DNA from: Actinomycetota bacterium
GTDB taxonomy: Bacteria; Actinomycetota; Rubrobacteria; Rubrobacterales; Rubrobacteraceae
Length of the DNA: 64,000 nucleotides
Assembly: GCA_046734875.1 (NCBI GenBank)
Contig: JBKPSF010000035.1
Coordinates: 7,907-71,906, forward strand
Reading direction: 5' to 3'
Within the stretch, counting starts at the first letter, position 1. Each line of letters starts with the position of its first letter. The notes below the pieces were generated by a model that ran no database searches, was not told where the DNA came from, and saw only the letters and a program-made list of their open reading frames with translations. Positions 8,379 to 19,483 of this stretch are shown here, piece by piece. The position numbers and the translations under genes were made by a program.

Positions 8379-9515
8379 ATGATATTGGACATCGCTGTTG
8401 TGGGGGCTGGCACAATGGGCGCCGGCATCGCGGAGAGCGCGGCGCTGGCGGGGATGTCGGTCGCCATGGTCGACCTTGGCGAGGACGCCCTTAAGCGCGG
8501 CATGCAGACCATAGAGCGTGACCTGGCGCGCCGCGTGAAGAAAGGGCGCATCTCCGAAGATGAGACCAAAGCCATCCTCGGGCGCGTCCGGACCACTACC
8601 TCCGTCCAGGATTGCTCCGAGGCCCCGCTGGTCGTCGAGGCCGTCGTAGAAGACGTGGGCGTGAAGCAGGAGGTCTTCAGGGACCTCGAAGGCGTGGTGG
8701 GAGACGATACGGTGCTCGCTACGAACACCTCCTCGCTCTCTGTGGCAGGCATCGCGGCTGGGACTGGCAGCCCGGAGCGCGTCGTCGGCATGCATTTCTT
8801 CAACCCCGTGCCGGCCATGCGCCTCGTCGAGGTCGTCGCGGGGCCGTCAACGGACCCCGAGACCCTGAGCCGGGCCGAGGAGGTCTCCGAGAGGTTGGCC
8901 AAGACGCCGGTCAGGGTCTCCGACACGCCGGGGTTTATCGTGAACCGCGTGGCCAGGCCCTTCTACCTCGAAGCGTTGCGGATCGTGGAGTCGGGCGGAG
9001 ATCCCGCATCGGTCGACGCCCAGATCCGCGAAGCGGGCTTCAGGATGGGACCCCTGGAACTGGCGGACCTAATAGGCCACGACGTCAACCTCTCGGTCTC
9101 TGAGTCCATCTTCGAACGCTACTATTACCCTCCGCGCTTCCGCCCCTCGTACCTCCAAAAATCCATGGTCGAAGCCGGAGACCTCGGCAGAAAGAGCGGC
9201 CGCGGCTTCTACGACCACGCCGGGGATGGAAAGGCGAGGACCAGCGGCGAGCAACCACCCGAAATCGTGGCACTACGCGTGATCTCCTGCATCGTCAACG
9301 AAGCTTTCCTGGCCCTCTCCGAGAACGTTGCAACCGCCGAAGACATAGACCAGGCCATGAAGCTGGGTGCAAACTACCCCAAAGGCCCCTTCGAATGGGC
9401 GGACGAAATAGGCCCCGACCGCATCCTCCTCACGCTCGACTCCCTCAGAACGACCCACGGCGACTCCTACCTGGCCGCACCATCCCTCAGGCGACTCGCG
9501 GGGAGTGGGGAGTAG
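8379..9515 (+). CDS. paaH: 3-hydroxyacyl-CoA dehydrogenase (PaaH-like)
   Basis: GAGTMG Rossmann motif, ATNTSS, GMHFFNP, GFIVNR, duplicated C-terminal domain (LGANYPKGP). Confidence 0.9.
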   Translation: MILDIAVVGAGTMGAGIAESAALAGMSVAMVDLGEDALKRGMQTIERDLARRVKKGRISEDETKAILGRVRTTTSVQDCSEAPLVVEAVVEDVGVKQEVFRDLEGVVGDDTVLATNTSSLSVAGIAAGTGSPERVVGMHFFNPVPAMRLVEVVAGPSTDPETLSRAEEVSERLAKTPVRVSDTPGFIVNRVARPFYLEALRIVESGGDPASVDAQIREAGFRMGPLELADLIGHDVNLSVSESIFERYYYPPRFRPSYLQKSMVEAGDLGRKSGRGFYDHAGDGKARTSGEQPPEIVALRVISCIVNEAFLALSENVATAEDIDQAMKLGANYPKGPFEWADEIGPDRILLTLDSLRTTHGDSYLAAPSLRRLAGSGE

Positions 9516-9587
9516 AACCAGCAACCTGACAAGCGAGGGCGCCAGCCCGAGCGTGCTGAAAGCGGAGGCCCGAAGAGCCGGAGCGTG

Positions 9588-10016
9588 CTAGCGCAGCGGC
9601 ACGTTCTGCAGCCTCACCTGGCCGCGGGCGACCTCCTTGCCGTCATCGGCGCGGGTTATGACTACCTGCCAGAGCTGCTGGCCCTTGCCCTGCATTATCG
9701 GCTCGGCGACGACCTCCGCCCTTCCCTCGCTCATCGGCCGCAGGAAGTCGGTGTTGTTGTTGAGCCCCACGGCGAACTGCCCCTTCGCCTCCACCGCCGC
9801 GGAAGCTCCGAGGCTGGCCGCGCTCTCGACGGCGGCCGCGTAAACCCCGCCGTGCACCACGCCCCAAGGCGTGTGGTGCCGTTCGTGCAGGTCGATCCAA
9901 CCTAGCACCCTATTCCCACTGACCTCCTCGATACGCAACCCGGCGACCCGGAGAAACTCGCTCCAATCCGCAGCGCCCCCGGACGCGATGCCCGACTCGG
10001 AACCCTCTTCCGCCAT
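9588..10016 (-). CDS. PaaI-family hotdog thioesterase
   Basis: HHTPWGVVHGGVYAAAVESAAS, DFLRP; ATG at 10016 with AAGGAGG RBS. Confidence 0.9.
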   Translation of the reverse strand: MAEEGSESGIASGGAADWSEFLRVAGLRIEEVSGNRVLGWIDLHERHHTPWGVVHGGVYAAAVESAASLGASAAVEAKGQFAVGLNNNTDFLRPMSEGRAEVVAEPIMQGKGQQLWQVVITRADDGKEVARGQVRLQNVPLR

Positions 10017-10190
10017 AAACTCCTCCTTCGGACGATAGTACGAGAGCTTACCCCAACGTAGATGAGCCGTCAGGCCAGCACCAGCATCGTTCCAGCGCGG
10101 GGCGTCGTGTCGTGTAACATGGTGAGCAAGGGGTAGTTGGCGGATAGCGCTGCGCTCGTCATGGATCGCCGGACATGGAGGAGAGGGTAT

Positions 10191-11633
10191 ATGGCGGAAC
10201 CTTTCATCGACGGTGGATACGCGGAGTTTTCTGGGTTGGAGAGGATGGCGGTCGTCGATCCTTCCAGTGGCGAGGAGGTAGGTTCCGTACCGGCTGGCAG
10301 TGCTGAGGTGGTGGATCAGGCGGTACAGAGCGCCCTCGCGGCTTTTCCGGTCTGGAGGGACACCCCGGCGGCGAAGCGTGGGGAGGTCCTGGGCGGGGCA
10401 GCGCAAGCGGTGCTCGACGCCGTCGAGGAGCTGGCGCCGCTCCTTACGGCCGAGCAGGGCAAGCCCTTGCGGGAGGCGAGGCTGGAGATACGGCGCTTCG
10501 TGCTCACGCTGGAGCACTACGTGGGGCTCGCCAAGAACATCAGGGGCGGGTACGTGCCCGACCTCGATGAGGATACCTACGGTCTGATCGTGAGACGCCC
10601 TCTCGGTGTCGTGGGGGCCATCGTACCCTGGAACTTTCCGACGACGCTTCTGGGCAACAAGCTCGGCCCCGCGCTCGTCACGGGGAACGTGGTGGTGGCC
10701 AAGCCTTCTGACACCACCCCGCTTACCACGTTGAGGATAGCGGAGATCATGCACGGCGCCGGCCTTCCGGCTGGCGTCTTCAACGTGGTGACAGGGACCG
10801 GTCCGCGGGCGGGACAGGCGCTAGCGGAACATCCCCGGGTGCGCAAGATCGCCTTCACCGGCTCCACGCCCGTCGGCAAGAAGCTGATGGCGCTCGCGGC
10901 GGGCGACCTCAAGCGTACGACGCTCGAGCTGGGCGGCTCTGACCCCATGATCGTCTGCGACGACGCGAACCTCGACAGGGCCGCGAGCGCGGCGAGCGTG
11001 GGCAGGTTCTTCAACGCCGGGCAGGCGTGCCTCGCGGTCAAACGGGTCTACGTCTTCGAGAACGTCGCCGACGAGTTCGTCGAAAAACTTGCTACGAAAG
11101 TCCGCCGCTTGAGGGTGGGTCCAGGCACAGCCGAAGGGGTCATGCTCGGGCCGCTCCACTCCTCCGCCGGGCGCGAGCTTGTCGAGGAGCAGGTCCAGAG
11201 CGCCGTGGACTCAGGGGCCGAGGTCTTGCACGGCGCGAGGAGGCCCGAGGGAGACGGGCTCTCCGAGAAGGGGAACTTCTACGAGCCGACGCTGCTGTTA
11301 GAGCCTTCGCACGACTCGCGGGTCGCCACGGAGGAGGTCTTCGGGCCTGCGCTGCCCGTCTGGCGCGTGGGGGGCATGGAGGAGGCGCTGGAGCTGGCAA
11401 ACGGGACGGTCTACGGGCTGGGATCTTCCATCTGGACGGCCGACCTCAACAGGGCCTCGGAGGCTGCCGAGCGCATCGAGGCTGGGTACACCTGGATCAA
11501 CGCCCCCCAGGTCGTCTACGACGAGCTGCCGTTCGGGGGCTGGAAGCAGTCGGGGCACGGCAAGGAGCACGGCATAGAAGCGCTGGACTACTACACGGAG
11601 ACCAAAGCCGTGGTCGTCAGGCGCGCAACCTGA
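10191..11633 (+). CDS. Aldehyde dehydrogenase (copy 1)
   Basis: PWNFP, FTGS, LELGG, NAGQAC, EEVFGP, PFGGWKQSG. Confidence 0.95.
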   Translation: MAEPFIDGGYAEFSGLERMAVVDPSSGEEVGSVPAGSAEVVDQAVQSALAAFPVWRDTPAAKRGEVLGGAAQAVLDAVEELAPLLTAEQGKPLREARLEIRRFVLTLEHYVGLAKNIRGGYVPDLDEDTYGLIVRRPLGVVGAIVPWNFPTTLLGNKLGPALVTGNVVVAKPSDTTPLTTLRIAEIMHGAGLPAGVFNVVTGTGPRAGQALAEHPRVRKIAFTGSTPVGKKLMALAAGDLKRTTLELGGSDPMIVCDDANLDRAASAASVGRFFNAGQACLAVKRVYVFENVADEFVEKLATKVRRLRVGPGTAEGVMLGPLHSSAGRELVEEQVQSAVDSGAEVLHGARRPEGDGLSEKGNFYEPTLLLEPSHDSRVATEEVFGPALPVWRVGGMEEALELANGTVYGLGSSIWTADLNRASEAAERIEAGYTWINAPQVVYDELPFGGWKQSGHGKEHGIEALDYYTETKAVVVRRAT

Positions 11634-11652
11634 GGAGAGGTGAGACCTCACC

Positions 11653-13230
11653 ATGATAGGGACCGAAGAGTGGTACAACGCCAGCGTCCTCGTCGACCGA
11701 AACCTGGAGGCCGGTCGCGCGGACAAGGTGGCCATCTTCTACGGTGACGAAGAGGTAACCTACGGCGAGCTCGCCCGGCGCATCAACAGGTTCGGGTACG
11801 CCCTGAAGGACCTCGGGATCGGCCAGGAGGACCGGGTTTTGCTGGTCTTGAACGACACGCCCTCCTTCCCGGTGGCCTTCTTCGGCGCGATGCGCATAGG
11901 TGCGGTCCCGATCCCGGCGAACACGTTGCTCAAAGAAGACGACTACCGCTTCTTTGTCGAGAACAGCCGCTGCAGGGCCGTCGTTTGCGACGTGATGCAC
12001 TACGAGAAGGTCAGCGGCAGCCTCGGGGACTACGAGCAACCGCTGGAGATCGTCGTGACGGGCGGCGGGGCGGTCGGCCGCAAGACCCTCGAAGGGCTCC
12101 TGGAGTCCGGGGAGGACGAGCTCTCGCCAGCCAACACGCATAAAGATGACCCGGCATTCTGGCTCTACAGCTCGGGGAGCACGGGCAAGCCGAAAGGCGC
12201 CGTCCACCTGCACCACGACATCATCTACACCTGCGAGACCTACGCCAGGCACGTGCTCGAGGTCTCCAAAGACGACACGTGCTACTCGGCCTCCAAGCTC
12301 TTCCACGCCTACGGACTCGGCAACAACATCTCCTTCCCCTACTGGGCCGGGGCCTCGACGGTGCTCTTTCCGGGCAAACCCATGCCGCAGGCGGTCCTGG
12401 AGACCATAGAGCGCTACAAACCCAGTTTATTCTTCTCGGTTCCGACGCTCTACAACGCGATCCTGAACCACGAAGGCGCCGGCAACTACGAACTCTCCTC
12501 TATACGGCTGTGCGCCTCGGCGGCGGAGGCCCTGCCCGCCGGGATGTGGCGCCGCTGGAAGGAGACTTTCGGCCTGACCATCATCGACGGCATCGGCTCG
12601 ACGGAGATGCTCCACATCTTTATCTCCAACACGCCTGACGAGCTGAAGCCAGGATCTAGCGGCAAGCCCGTGCCAGGCTACGAGGCCAGGATCCTCGACG
12701 AAGGCGGCTACCCTGTCGAGGATGGCGAGGCGGGCTACCTCTCGGTTAAAGGAGACTCTGCCGCGGCCTACTACTGGCGCAATCACGAGAAGACCAAGGC
12801 GACCATGCAGGGCGAGTGGCTCTTCGCCGGCGACTGGTATCGGGTTGACGAGGACGGGTTCTACTGGTACGAGGGGCGTTCGGACGACATGATCAAAGTC
12901 AGCGGCCTCTGGGTCTCGCCCGTCGAGGTGGAGAGCACCCTGATAGACCACGAGGCCGTGATAGAGGCAGCGGCGGTAGGCATCCCTGTAGACGACCTGA
13001 CCCGCGTGAAGGCCTACATCATCCTGAGGGACGGCTACGAAGGGAACGAAGCCCTCGTCGAAGAGCTCCAGACCTGGTGCAAGGGGAGGCTCAAGCGCTA
13101 CCAGTACCCGCACCTCGTGGAGTTCGTAGACGACCTGCCCAGGACCGTAACGGGCAAGATACAACGCTTCAAGCTGCGTCAGCCGGTACCAGACGTGCGG
13201 ATGCCGCAGCAAAAAGACGAGCTGGTGTAG
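11653..13230 (+). CDS. Benzoate-CoA ligase family aryl-CoA ligase
   Basis: WLYSSGSTGKPKG, SKLFHAYGLGN, DGIGSTEMLHIF, TGKIQRFKLR are benzoate-CoA ligase family signatures, distinct from PaaK. Confidence 0.92.
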   Translation: MIGTEEWYNASVLVDRNLEAGRADKVAIFYGDEEVTYGELARRINRFGYALKDLGIGQEDRVLLVLNDTPSFPVAFFGAMRIGAVPIPANTLLKEDDYRFFVENSRCRAVVCDVMHYEKVSGSLGDYEQPLEIVVTGGGAVGRKTLEGLLESGEDELSPANTHKDDPAFWLYSSGSTGKPKGAVHLHHDIIYTCETYARHVLEVSKDDTCYSASKLFHAYGLGNNISFPYWAGASTVLFPGKPMPQAVLETIERYKPSLFFSVPTLYNAILNHEGAGNYELSSIRLCASAAEALPAGMWRRWKETFGLTIIDGIGSTEMLHIFISNTPDELKPGSSGKPVPGYEARILDEGGYPVEDGEAGYLSVKGDSAAAYYWRNHEKTKATMQGEWLFAGDWYRVDEDGFYWYEGRSDDMIKVSGLWVSPVEVESTLIDHEAVIEAAAVGIPVDDLTRVKAYIILRDGYEGNEALVEELQTWCKGRLKRYQYPHLVEFVDDLPRTVTGKIQRFKLRQPVPDVRMPQQKDELV

Positions 13231-13266
13231 AGGCATAGGATGTCCAGGGCGACCGAAGGGAGCGAG

Positions 13267-14523
<1,257 letters not shown>

Positions 14524-14527
14524 GGCG

Positions 14528-15421
14528 TTGCTGGACGGCATCCCTCTCATAGACGCCCACCTCCACGCGGCCAGGCTGCCCACGCTGAAGATGTCCCTGG
14601 AGGAATGGACCGGGCACTTCGAGGGAGGCGTCGAAGAGTTGCTCCGACTCTACGACCAAGAGGGGACCATGATACCCGCCCGCTTCGACGAGTACCTGGC
14701 CTCCGAAGGCGTGGACATCGCCATCCTGTTCGCCGAGTACAGCCCGAAGTCCACGGGCATACAGGCCGTTGAAGATATGCTCCCGATCATCGACCATAAC
14801 CCCGACCGCTTCCGCCTGATGGCGAACCTGAACCCGCACCTGCACTACCCGCTCGTCACGGAGCTGGAGCGCCAGATCGCTTTGGGCGCCGTCGGCCTGA
14901 AGCTCCACCCCGTCCACGGCTCTTTCGCCCCGAACGACCGCATGATCTACCCGGCCTACGCCTTCTGCGAGGCGAAAAGCTTCCCCATCGTCTTCCACTG
15001 CGGCACGAGCGTCTTCCCTGGGGCCACCAACCGCTACGCAGACCCCGCCCTCATCGAGGACGTGGTGCGCGACTTCCCCGATCTCACGGTCGTCCTCGCC
15101 CATGGAGGACGCGGCTGGTGGTACGACGCGGCGGCCTTCATCACGCTGATGCGCCCCAACGTCTTTATCGAGGTCTCGGGCCTTCCTCCCAAAAAGCTCC
15201 CCGACTACTACAAGAACTTCGACCTCGAGCGCCTGGCACGGAAGATGATCTTTGGCACCGACTGGCCCGGCGTCCCCGGCCCGAATGCCAACGCCCAGGC
15301 AATCGCCGACCTCGGCCTCGAAACGGACACGCTGGCACGAATTCTTCACGAGAACGCCACACGGATCTACAAACTAGAACGCACGACGCAGAACAGGCTC
15401 ACCGAGGCAGGTAGCCCGTGA
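14528..15421 (+). CDS. Amidohydrolase_2 family metallo-hydrolase/decarboxylase
   Basis: IDAHLH, KLHP, FHCG, LAHGG, FGTDWP. Confidence 0.9.
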   Translation: MLDGIPLIDAHLHAARLPTLKMSLEEWTGHFEGGVEELLRLYDQEGTMIPARFDEYLASEGVDIAILFAEYSPKSTGIQAVEDMLPIIDHNPDRFRLMANLNPHLHYPLVTELERQIALGAVGLKLHPVHGSFAPNDRMIYPAYAFCEAKSFPIVFHCGTSVFPGATNRYADPALIEDVVRDFPDLTVVLAHGGRGWWYDAAAFITLMRPNVFIEVSGLPPKKLPDYYKNFDLERLARKMIFGTDWPGVPGPNANAQAIADLGLETDTLARILHENATRIYKLERTTQNRLTEAGSP

Positions 15422-15436
15422 TAAGAGACAAAGATC

Positions 15437-15465
15437 TTGAGTTTGACTGACCGTACAGTTATATT
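15437..15465 (+). promoter_or_regulatory. SigA-type promoter TTGAGT-N17-TATATT with overlapping palindromic operator
   Basis: -35 at 15437, -10 at 15460; TGACTG-accgta-CAGTTA at 15444-15461. Confidence 0.6.
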
Positions 15466-15496
15466 GGTCGAGCCCGAACGAGGAAAGCGAGGAAGC

Positions 15497-16444
15497 GTGA
15501 CGGCGGTAACCGAAGAGGCACTTCTGGAGAGGATCAAAGAGGGCAGGCTCATCGAGGACGCTTCGCATGCCACCCGGAGGTACGTCGAGGGGCTCAAGCG
15601 GGTTTTGACCGTCTCGGCCGACACCGAGCTCATAAGCGCGCCGGCTTACATGAACGCCACCAGGGACTTCTCGACGTTGCCCAGCGTCAACAACTACATC
15701 ACGGTGATGGGGATCGTGCAGGACGAGCTCGGGCACGCGCACATAGCGTACCGGATGCTGAGAGACCTCGGTGTTGACACCGAGGAGCTCGTCTACGGGC
15801 GTACGCCGCGGCAGTACAAGTACCCTTACGCCTTCGACGTTCCGCTGGAGAGCTTCACGGAGCTCGTCGTTGCCAACGGCTTCTACGACAGGGCGGGGTT
15901 CACGCTGCTCTCCGACATACACCATAATTGCTCTTATGGTCCGTGGAAGCGGGCGCTCGTCAAGGTAGACAGGGAGGAGAATTTCCACCTCAGGCACGGG
16001 GAGAAGTGGATGAAGGTCTTCTCCAGGGACCCCGAGAAAAAGGACGAGTTGCAGCGGGCCGTCGATTGGATGTTCGTGCTCACGCTCGAGTGGTTCGGGC
16101 TGCCTGATGGGATGAAGCGGCACAACGAGCAGATCGAATACGGCTACAAGGGCTCGACCAACGACGAGCTCAGGCAGACCTGGATGAGCCACACGGTTCC
16201 GCTGTGCGAGTCGCTCGGGCTAGAAGTTCCTGCCCACTACAACGAGGAGCAGGAAAAATACATCATAGACTGCCCGTTCCCGGCCAACTTCGACGCCGGG
16301 GAGAAGCGGTGGGACTTCGAAGGAGGCGAGATCTCCTGGGACGACGTGCTCGGGCGCTGGAAGGAGCGCGGCCCCAAGAACGAAGAGTACGTCGAGCACC
16401 TGCAGCGCGGCTACAAAGAACTGTACGGCAGCGAGGCAAGCTAG
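15497..16444 (+). CDS. PaaA-like di-iron aryl-CoA oxygenase/epoxidase catalytic subunit
   Basis: ADTEL, QDELGHAH, FYDRAG, DREENFH give a complete ferritin-like di-iron ligand set; SYGPW motif. Confidence 0.88.
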   Translation: MTAVTEEALLERIKEGRLIEDASHATRRYVEGLKRVLTVSADTELISAPAYMNATRDFSTLPSVNNYITVMGIVQDELGHAHIAYRMLRDLGVDTEELVYGRTPRQYKYPYAFDVPLESFTELVVANGFYDRAGFTLLSDIHHNCSYGPWKRALVKVDREENFHLRHGEKWMKVFSRDPEKKDELQRAVDWMFVLTLEWFGLPDGMKRHNEQIEYGYKGSTNDELRQTWMSHTVPLCESLGLEVPAHYNEEQEKYIIDCPFPANFDAGEKRWDFEGGEISWDDVLGRWKERGPKNEEYVEHLQRGYKELYGSEAS

Positions 16445-16450
16445 GCAGAG

Positions 16451-16771
16451 ATGGAGACCACGCGGCCCAGGACGGAAGAGGAAGTAAGGGACGCGCTTCG
16501 GGAGGTGCTCGACCCCGAGTACCCCATCAGCCTCGTGGATCTCGGGCTTATTAGGGGCATCGAGGTGCGGAGCAGCAAGGCGGGGATCAAGCTTACGTAC
16601 ACGTGCATGGGCTGCCCGGCGATGGACATGATCCAGGACGACGTGAGGGAGCGATTGCTGCAGATGGACGGCATCGACGAGGTGGAGATCGAGGTCGTCT
16701 GGCCTACCTGGTCGAAAGACGACATCACGCCTTTGGGACGTAAGCAGCTCAAGGACGTGGGGGTCGTCTGA
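16451..16771 (+). CDS. PaaD N-terminal (DUF59, metal-sulfur cluster assembly) protein
   Basis: VLDPEYPISLVDLGL, TYTCMGCPAM, WSKDDITPLGR. Confidence 0.88.
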   Translation: METTRPRTEEEVRDALREVLDPEYPISLVDLGLIRGIEVRSSKAGIKLTYTCMGCPAMDMIQDDVRERLLQMDGIDEVEIEVVWPTWSKDDITPLGRKQLKDVGVV

Positions 16772-16968
16772 TGCGCCCGGTCGAGAACTACGAGGTGTTC
16801 ACGGCCCGCGTGGGCGAGGAGCATCCCTTGAGGCACAACGGCAACGTCAGGGCCTCTGAAGCGCGGGACGCCGCCGTCTACGCGCACCTGATGTACGACG
16901 AGTGGCGCTGGCGCGAGATGTTCGTCGTGCCGAGCAAGGCCATCGTCAGGGTCATTCGGCCCGAGTAG
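16771..16968 (+). CDS. PaaB-like small subunit 1
   Basis: YEVF...HNGNVRA...A...Y...MFVVP matches the PaaB pattern. Confidence 0.75.
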   Translation: MRPVENYEVFTARVGEEHPLRHNGNVRASEARDAAVYAHLMYDEWRWREMFVVPSKAIVRVIRPE

Positions 16969-16976
16969 GAGGAGGT

Positions 16977-17183
16977 ATGGAGAAGTATCTCGTCTTCGCG
17001 CGCACGGAGTATGACGAGCCCCTCGAGCACAGGGGAGACGTCGAGGCCGGGGGCGCCGATGAGGCCAAAAGGTTTGCGCTCGAACGGTACGGGGAGGAGT
17101 GGCTGGAGATGTCGCTCGTGCCGGCTAGCCAGGTCTACTGGGCCGAGCGCGAGGAGGAGACCGAGGTGGGGGTAAAGGCGTGA
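16977..17183 (+). CDS. PaaB-like small subunit 2
   Basis: YLVFAR...LEHRGDVEA...ALERY...LVP; AGGAGG RBS. Confidence 0.7.
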   Translation: MEKYLVFARTEYDEPLEHRGDVEAGGADEAKRFALERYGEEWLEMSLVPASQVYWAEREEETEVGVKA

Positions 17184-17992
17184 GCGAACGTCCCGAAGGC
17201 ACGGAGGCCGTCGCGCCCGGGAGGGGGGCTCGGGTCGAGTTTCTCGTCGACAACGACGACGCGCTTGCGGCTCTGGTCAACCTGATCGCGGTCATAGGCG
17301 ACAACGAGTACTTCCTCGGCCGCCGCGTCTCCGAGTGGGCCGACGCAGGGCCACTCCTGGAGTCAACAGCAGCATGCGCCGCGATTACGCAGGACAAGCT
17401 AGGACATTCCAGGGCAATCTATCCTTTGCTCGAAGAGTTGCCCTGGCCCAAGGCCCCGACGGGCCTGCAGGGCGAGGTGGATCGGGCGCGGCGATACTCC
17501 GTGAGCTTCCTCGACGATCCGCTGCCGAGCTGGTCGAACGTCGTGGCGGCGCTCGCGCTCGTTGGACCCGCCGTGAACGTCGTGCTCGAGTCCGTGGAGC
17601 AGTCGCGCTACGAGGCGCTAGCCAGGCGGGCCCACCGCATCTTGGACGAGGAGAAGTTGACTAGCGCCTACGCCGAGAGCCTGGTGCGTCAGATCTCCTA
17701 CGAAGACCGAGGCCGCAGGCTCCTCCAGGAACGCGTGGACGAACTCCTTCCCGAGATGCTCTGCTGGTTCGGCCCGGACGGAGAGCCCGGTATCGAGGCT
17801 TTGAGGGCGGAGGGCCTGGCGAGCATGGGCAACGAACAGATGCGCCAGAAATACCTGGACCGCGTCGTCCCCCTGCTCCAGGGATGCGGCATAGAAATTC
17901 CGGTGACGCGTAACGAGACCAACGACGCATGGGAGTACGGAGAACTGCTGTGGAGCCAATGGAACCATCTCCAGAGACGCCTGGAAAGATAA
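17180..17992 (+). CDS. PaaC-like structural oxygenase subunit
   Basis: GDNEYFLGRRVSEW...P.LE...QDKLGH; iron ligands degenerate (DKLGH, EEKLT). Confidence 0.82.
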   Translation: MSERPEGTEAVAPGRGARVEFLVDNDDALAALVNLIAVIGDNEYFLGRRVSEWADAGPLLESTAACAAITQDKLGHSRAIYPLLEELPWPKAPTGLQGEVDRARRYSVSFLDDPLPSWSNVVAALALVGPAVNVVLESVEQSRYEALARRAHRILDEEKLTSAYAESLVRQISYEDRGRRLLQERVDELLPEMLCWFGPDGEPGIEALRAEGLASMGNEQMRQKYLDRVVPLLQGCGIEIPVTRNETNDAWEYGELLWSQWNHLQRRLER

Positions 17993-18150
17993 TGGCCGGA
18001 GAGCCTGTCGATGGAGGCAAGCAGCGGGTACTCTGCCCCTGGTGTGACTCACCTGACGTCGAGAAGGTCTCCGAGTACGGGCCGCACCTGATGGTCTACT
18101 CGTTTATCTGCCGCCGGTGCAACAGCCCGTTCGAAGTCATCAAGCGATGA
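17992..18150 (+). CDS. PaaD C-terminal zinc-ribbon as a separate protein
   Basis: CPWCDS...SEYG...CRRCNSPFEVIK; start overlaps upstream TAA. Confidence 0.8.
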   Translation: MAGEPVDGGKQRVLCPWCDSPDVEKVSEYGPHLMVYSFICRRCNSPFEVIKR

Positions 18151-18932
18151 CGGAAGCAAGTTCCCTGGCGACGACCCTCGAAGATGGCGTCCTCCTCGTC
18201 GAGCTTAACCGCCCGGAGAGGCGCAATGCGCTTGACGAGGCGCTGCAGGGGGAGTTGCTGCGCGTCTTCGAAGGGGCCGCGACCGACCGGGAGGTGCGAG
18301 GGATCATCCTGACCGGCAGGGGCGAAGCCTTCTCCGCGGGCGGCGACCTCTCCCGCTTCGAGATGGACTGGGATCCGGCCGAGTTCAGGGCACAGAGCCA
18401 CGAGCTCAGCCGGCTCATAGGCGCGATCGAGCGCCTGGAGAAGCCTGTCGTCGCGGCCATAAACGGGCTCACGACGGGCGCGGGTACTCAGCTCGCCCTC
18501 TCGTGCGACCTGCGTGTCGCTTCGGAAAACGCCCGCTTTCTTTACAGGGAGGGCATGATCGGCTTTATCCCCAGCCACGGCGGCTGCGTGCGTCTGGTCA
18601 AGCTCGTCGGCCTGGCAAGGGCGCGGGACATTCTGCTCGGCGGCGAAGACATGGACGCTGCAGAAGCGTTCAGGCAAGGGCTGGTAACGAAGGTGGTGGC
18701 GCACGAGCAGTTGCTAGAAGAGGCGCATGCGCGTATCCGGCACATCTTCAGGCGGGCGCCGCAGGCTTACGGGATTTCCAAGCGGCTTCTTCACCTATCT
18801 GCCAGTGTGGACCTGGAGAGCGGGCTCTTCGCGGAGAGCCTGGCGCAGAGTCTGCTCGTCGCCACGGAGGATCACAAGGAAGGCGTGCGGGCCGCCCGCG
18901 AGCGGCGCGCGCCAAGGTTCGGGGGGAGATAG
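18147..18932 (+). CDS. Enoyl-CoA hydratase/isomerase family protein (PaaG-like position)
   Basis: LNRPERRNA, FSAGGDL, KPVVAAING; atypical GAGTQ and PSHGG. Confidence 0.9.
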   Translation: MTEASSLATTLEDGVLLVELNRPERRNALDEALQGELLRVFEGAATDREVRGIILTGRGEAFSAGGDLSRFEMDWDPAEFRAQSHELSRLIGAIERLEKPVVAAINGLTTGAGTQLALSCDLRVASENARFLYREGMIGFIPSHGGCVRLVKLVGLARARDILLGGEDMDAAEAFRQGLVTKVVAHEQLLEEAHARIRHIFRRAPQAYGISKRLLHLSASVDLESGLFAESLAQSLLVATEDHKEGVRAARERRAPRFGGR

Positions 18933-18935
18933 CGC

Positions 18936-19481
18936 GTGGCCCACATCATTCCTTTCGAGGGTACGGAGCCCAGCGTGCACCCGGGTGCGTTCGTCGCGCC
19001 GACGGCGGTGCTCATCGGCGATGTGACCGTAGAAGACGGAGCGAGCGTCTGGTTCGGGGCGGTCTTGAGGGGGGACTTCAACAGGATAGTCGTCGGCGCG
19101 GGGAGCAGCGTGCAGGACAACTGCGTGATCCACACCAACGAAAGCCTGCCGACCACCATAGGCCAGAACGTCACCGTCGGGCACCTCACCTTGCTAGAGG
19201 GGTGCGAGGTCGAGGACGGGGCCCTGATCGGGATGGGCTCCATCGTACTCAACCGGGCGCGCGTCGGCCGGAGGGCGATGCTGGCCGCAGGGAGCGTGGT
19301 CAGGGAGGACCAGGAGATCCCGCCAGAGGTGCTAGCCGCCGGAGTGCCGGCGACGGTCAAGAAGGAGCTTGCCGGCTCCTCCTCGGAGTGGGTGGAGATG
19401 GCAGCCCGCGAGTACCAGTCGTTAAGGCTCAAGTATATGGGTAAGGTAGGACAGACCGAAAACGGAAAGGGAGGCGCGTAA
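18936..19481 (+). CDS. Gamma-carbonic-anhydrase-like hexapeptide protein (PaaY-like)
   Basis: LIGDV, VWFGAVLRGD, QDNCVIH, TVGH, LIGMGS. Confidence 0.9.
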   Translation: MAHIIPFEGTEPSVHPGAFVAPTAVLIGDVTVEDGASVWFGAVLRGDFNRIVVGAGSSVQDNCVIHTNESLPTTIGQNVTVGHLTLLEGCEVEDGALIGMGSIVLNRARVGRRAMLAAGSVVREDQEIPPEVLAAGVPATVKKELAGSSSEWVEMAAREYQSLRLKYMGKVGQTENGKGGA

Positions 19482-19483
19482 GC

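Noticed and set aside
10017-10754. Long N-terminal extension of the PaaI ORF
   Set aside because: Antisense to the ALDH; a strong RBS supports ATG 10016.
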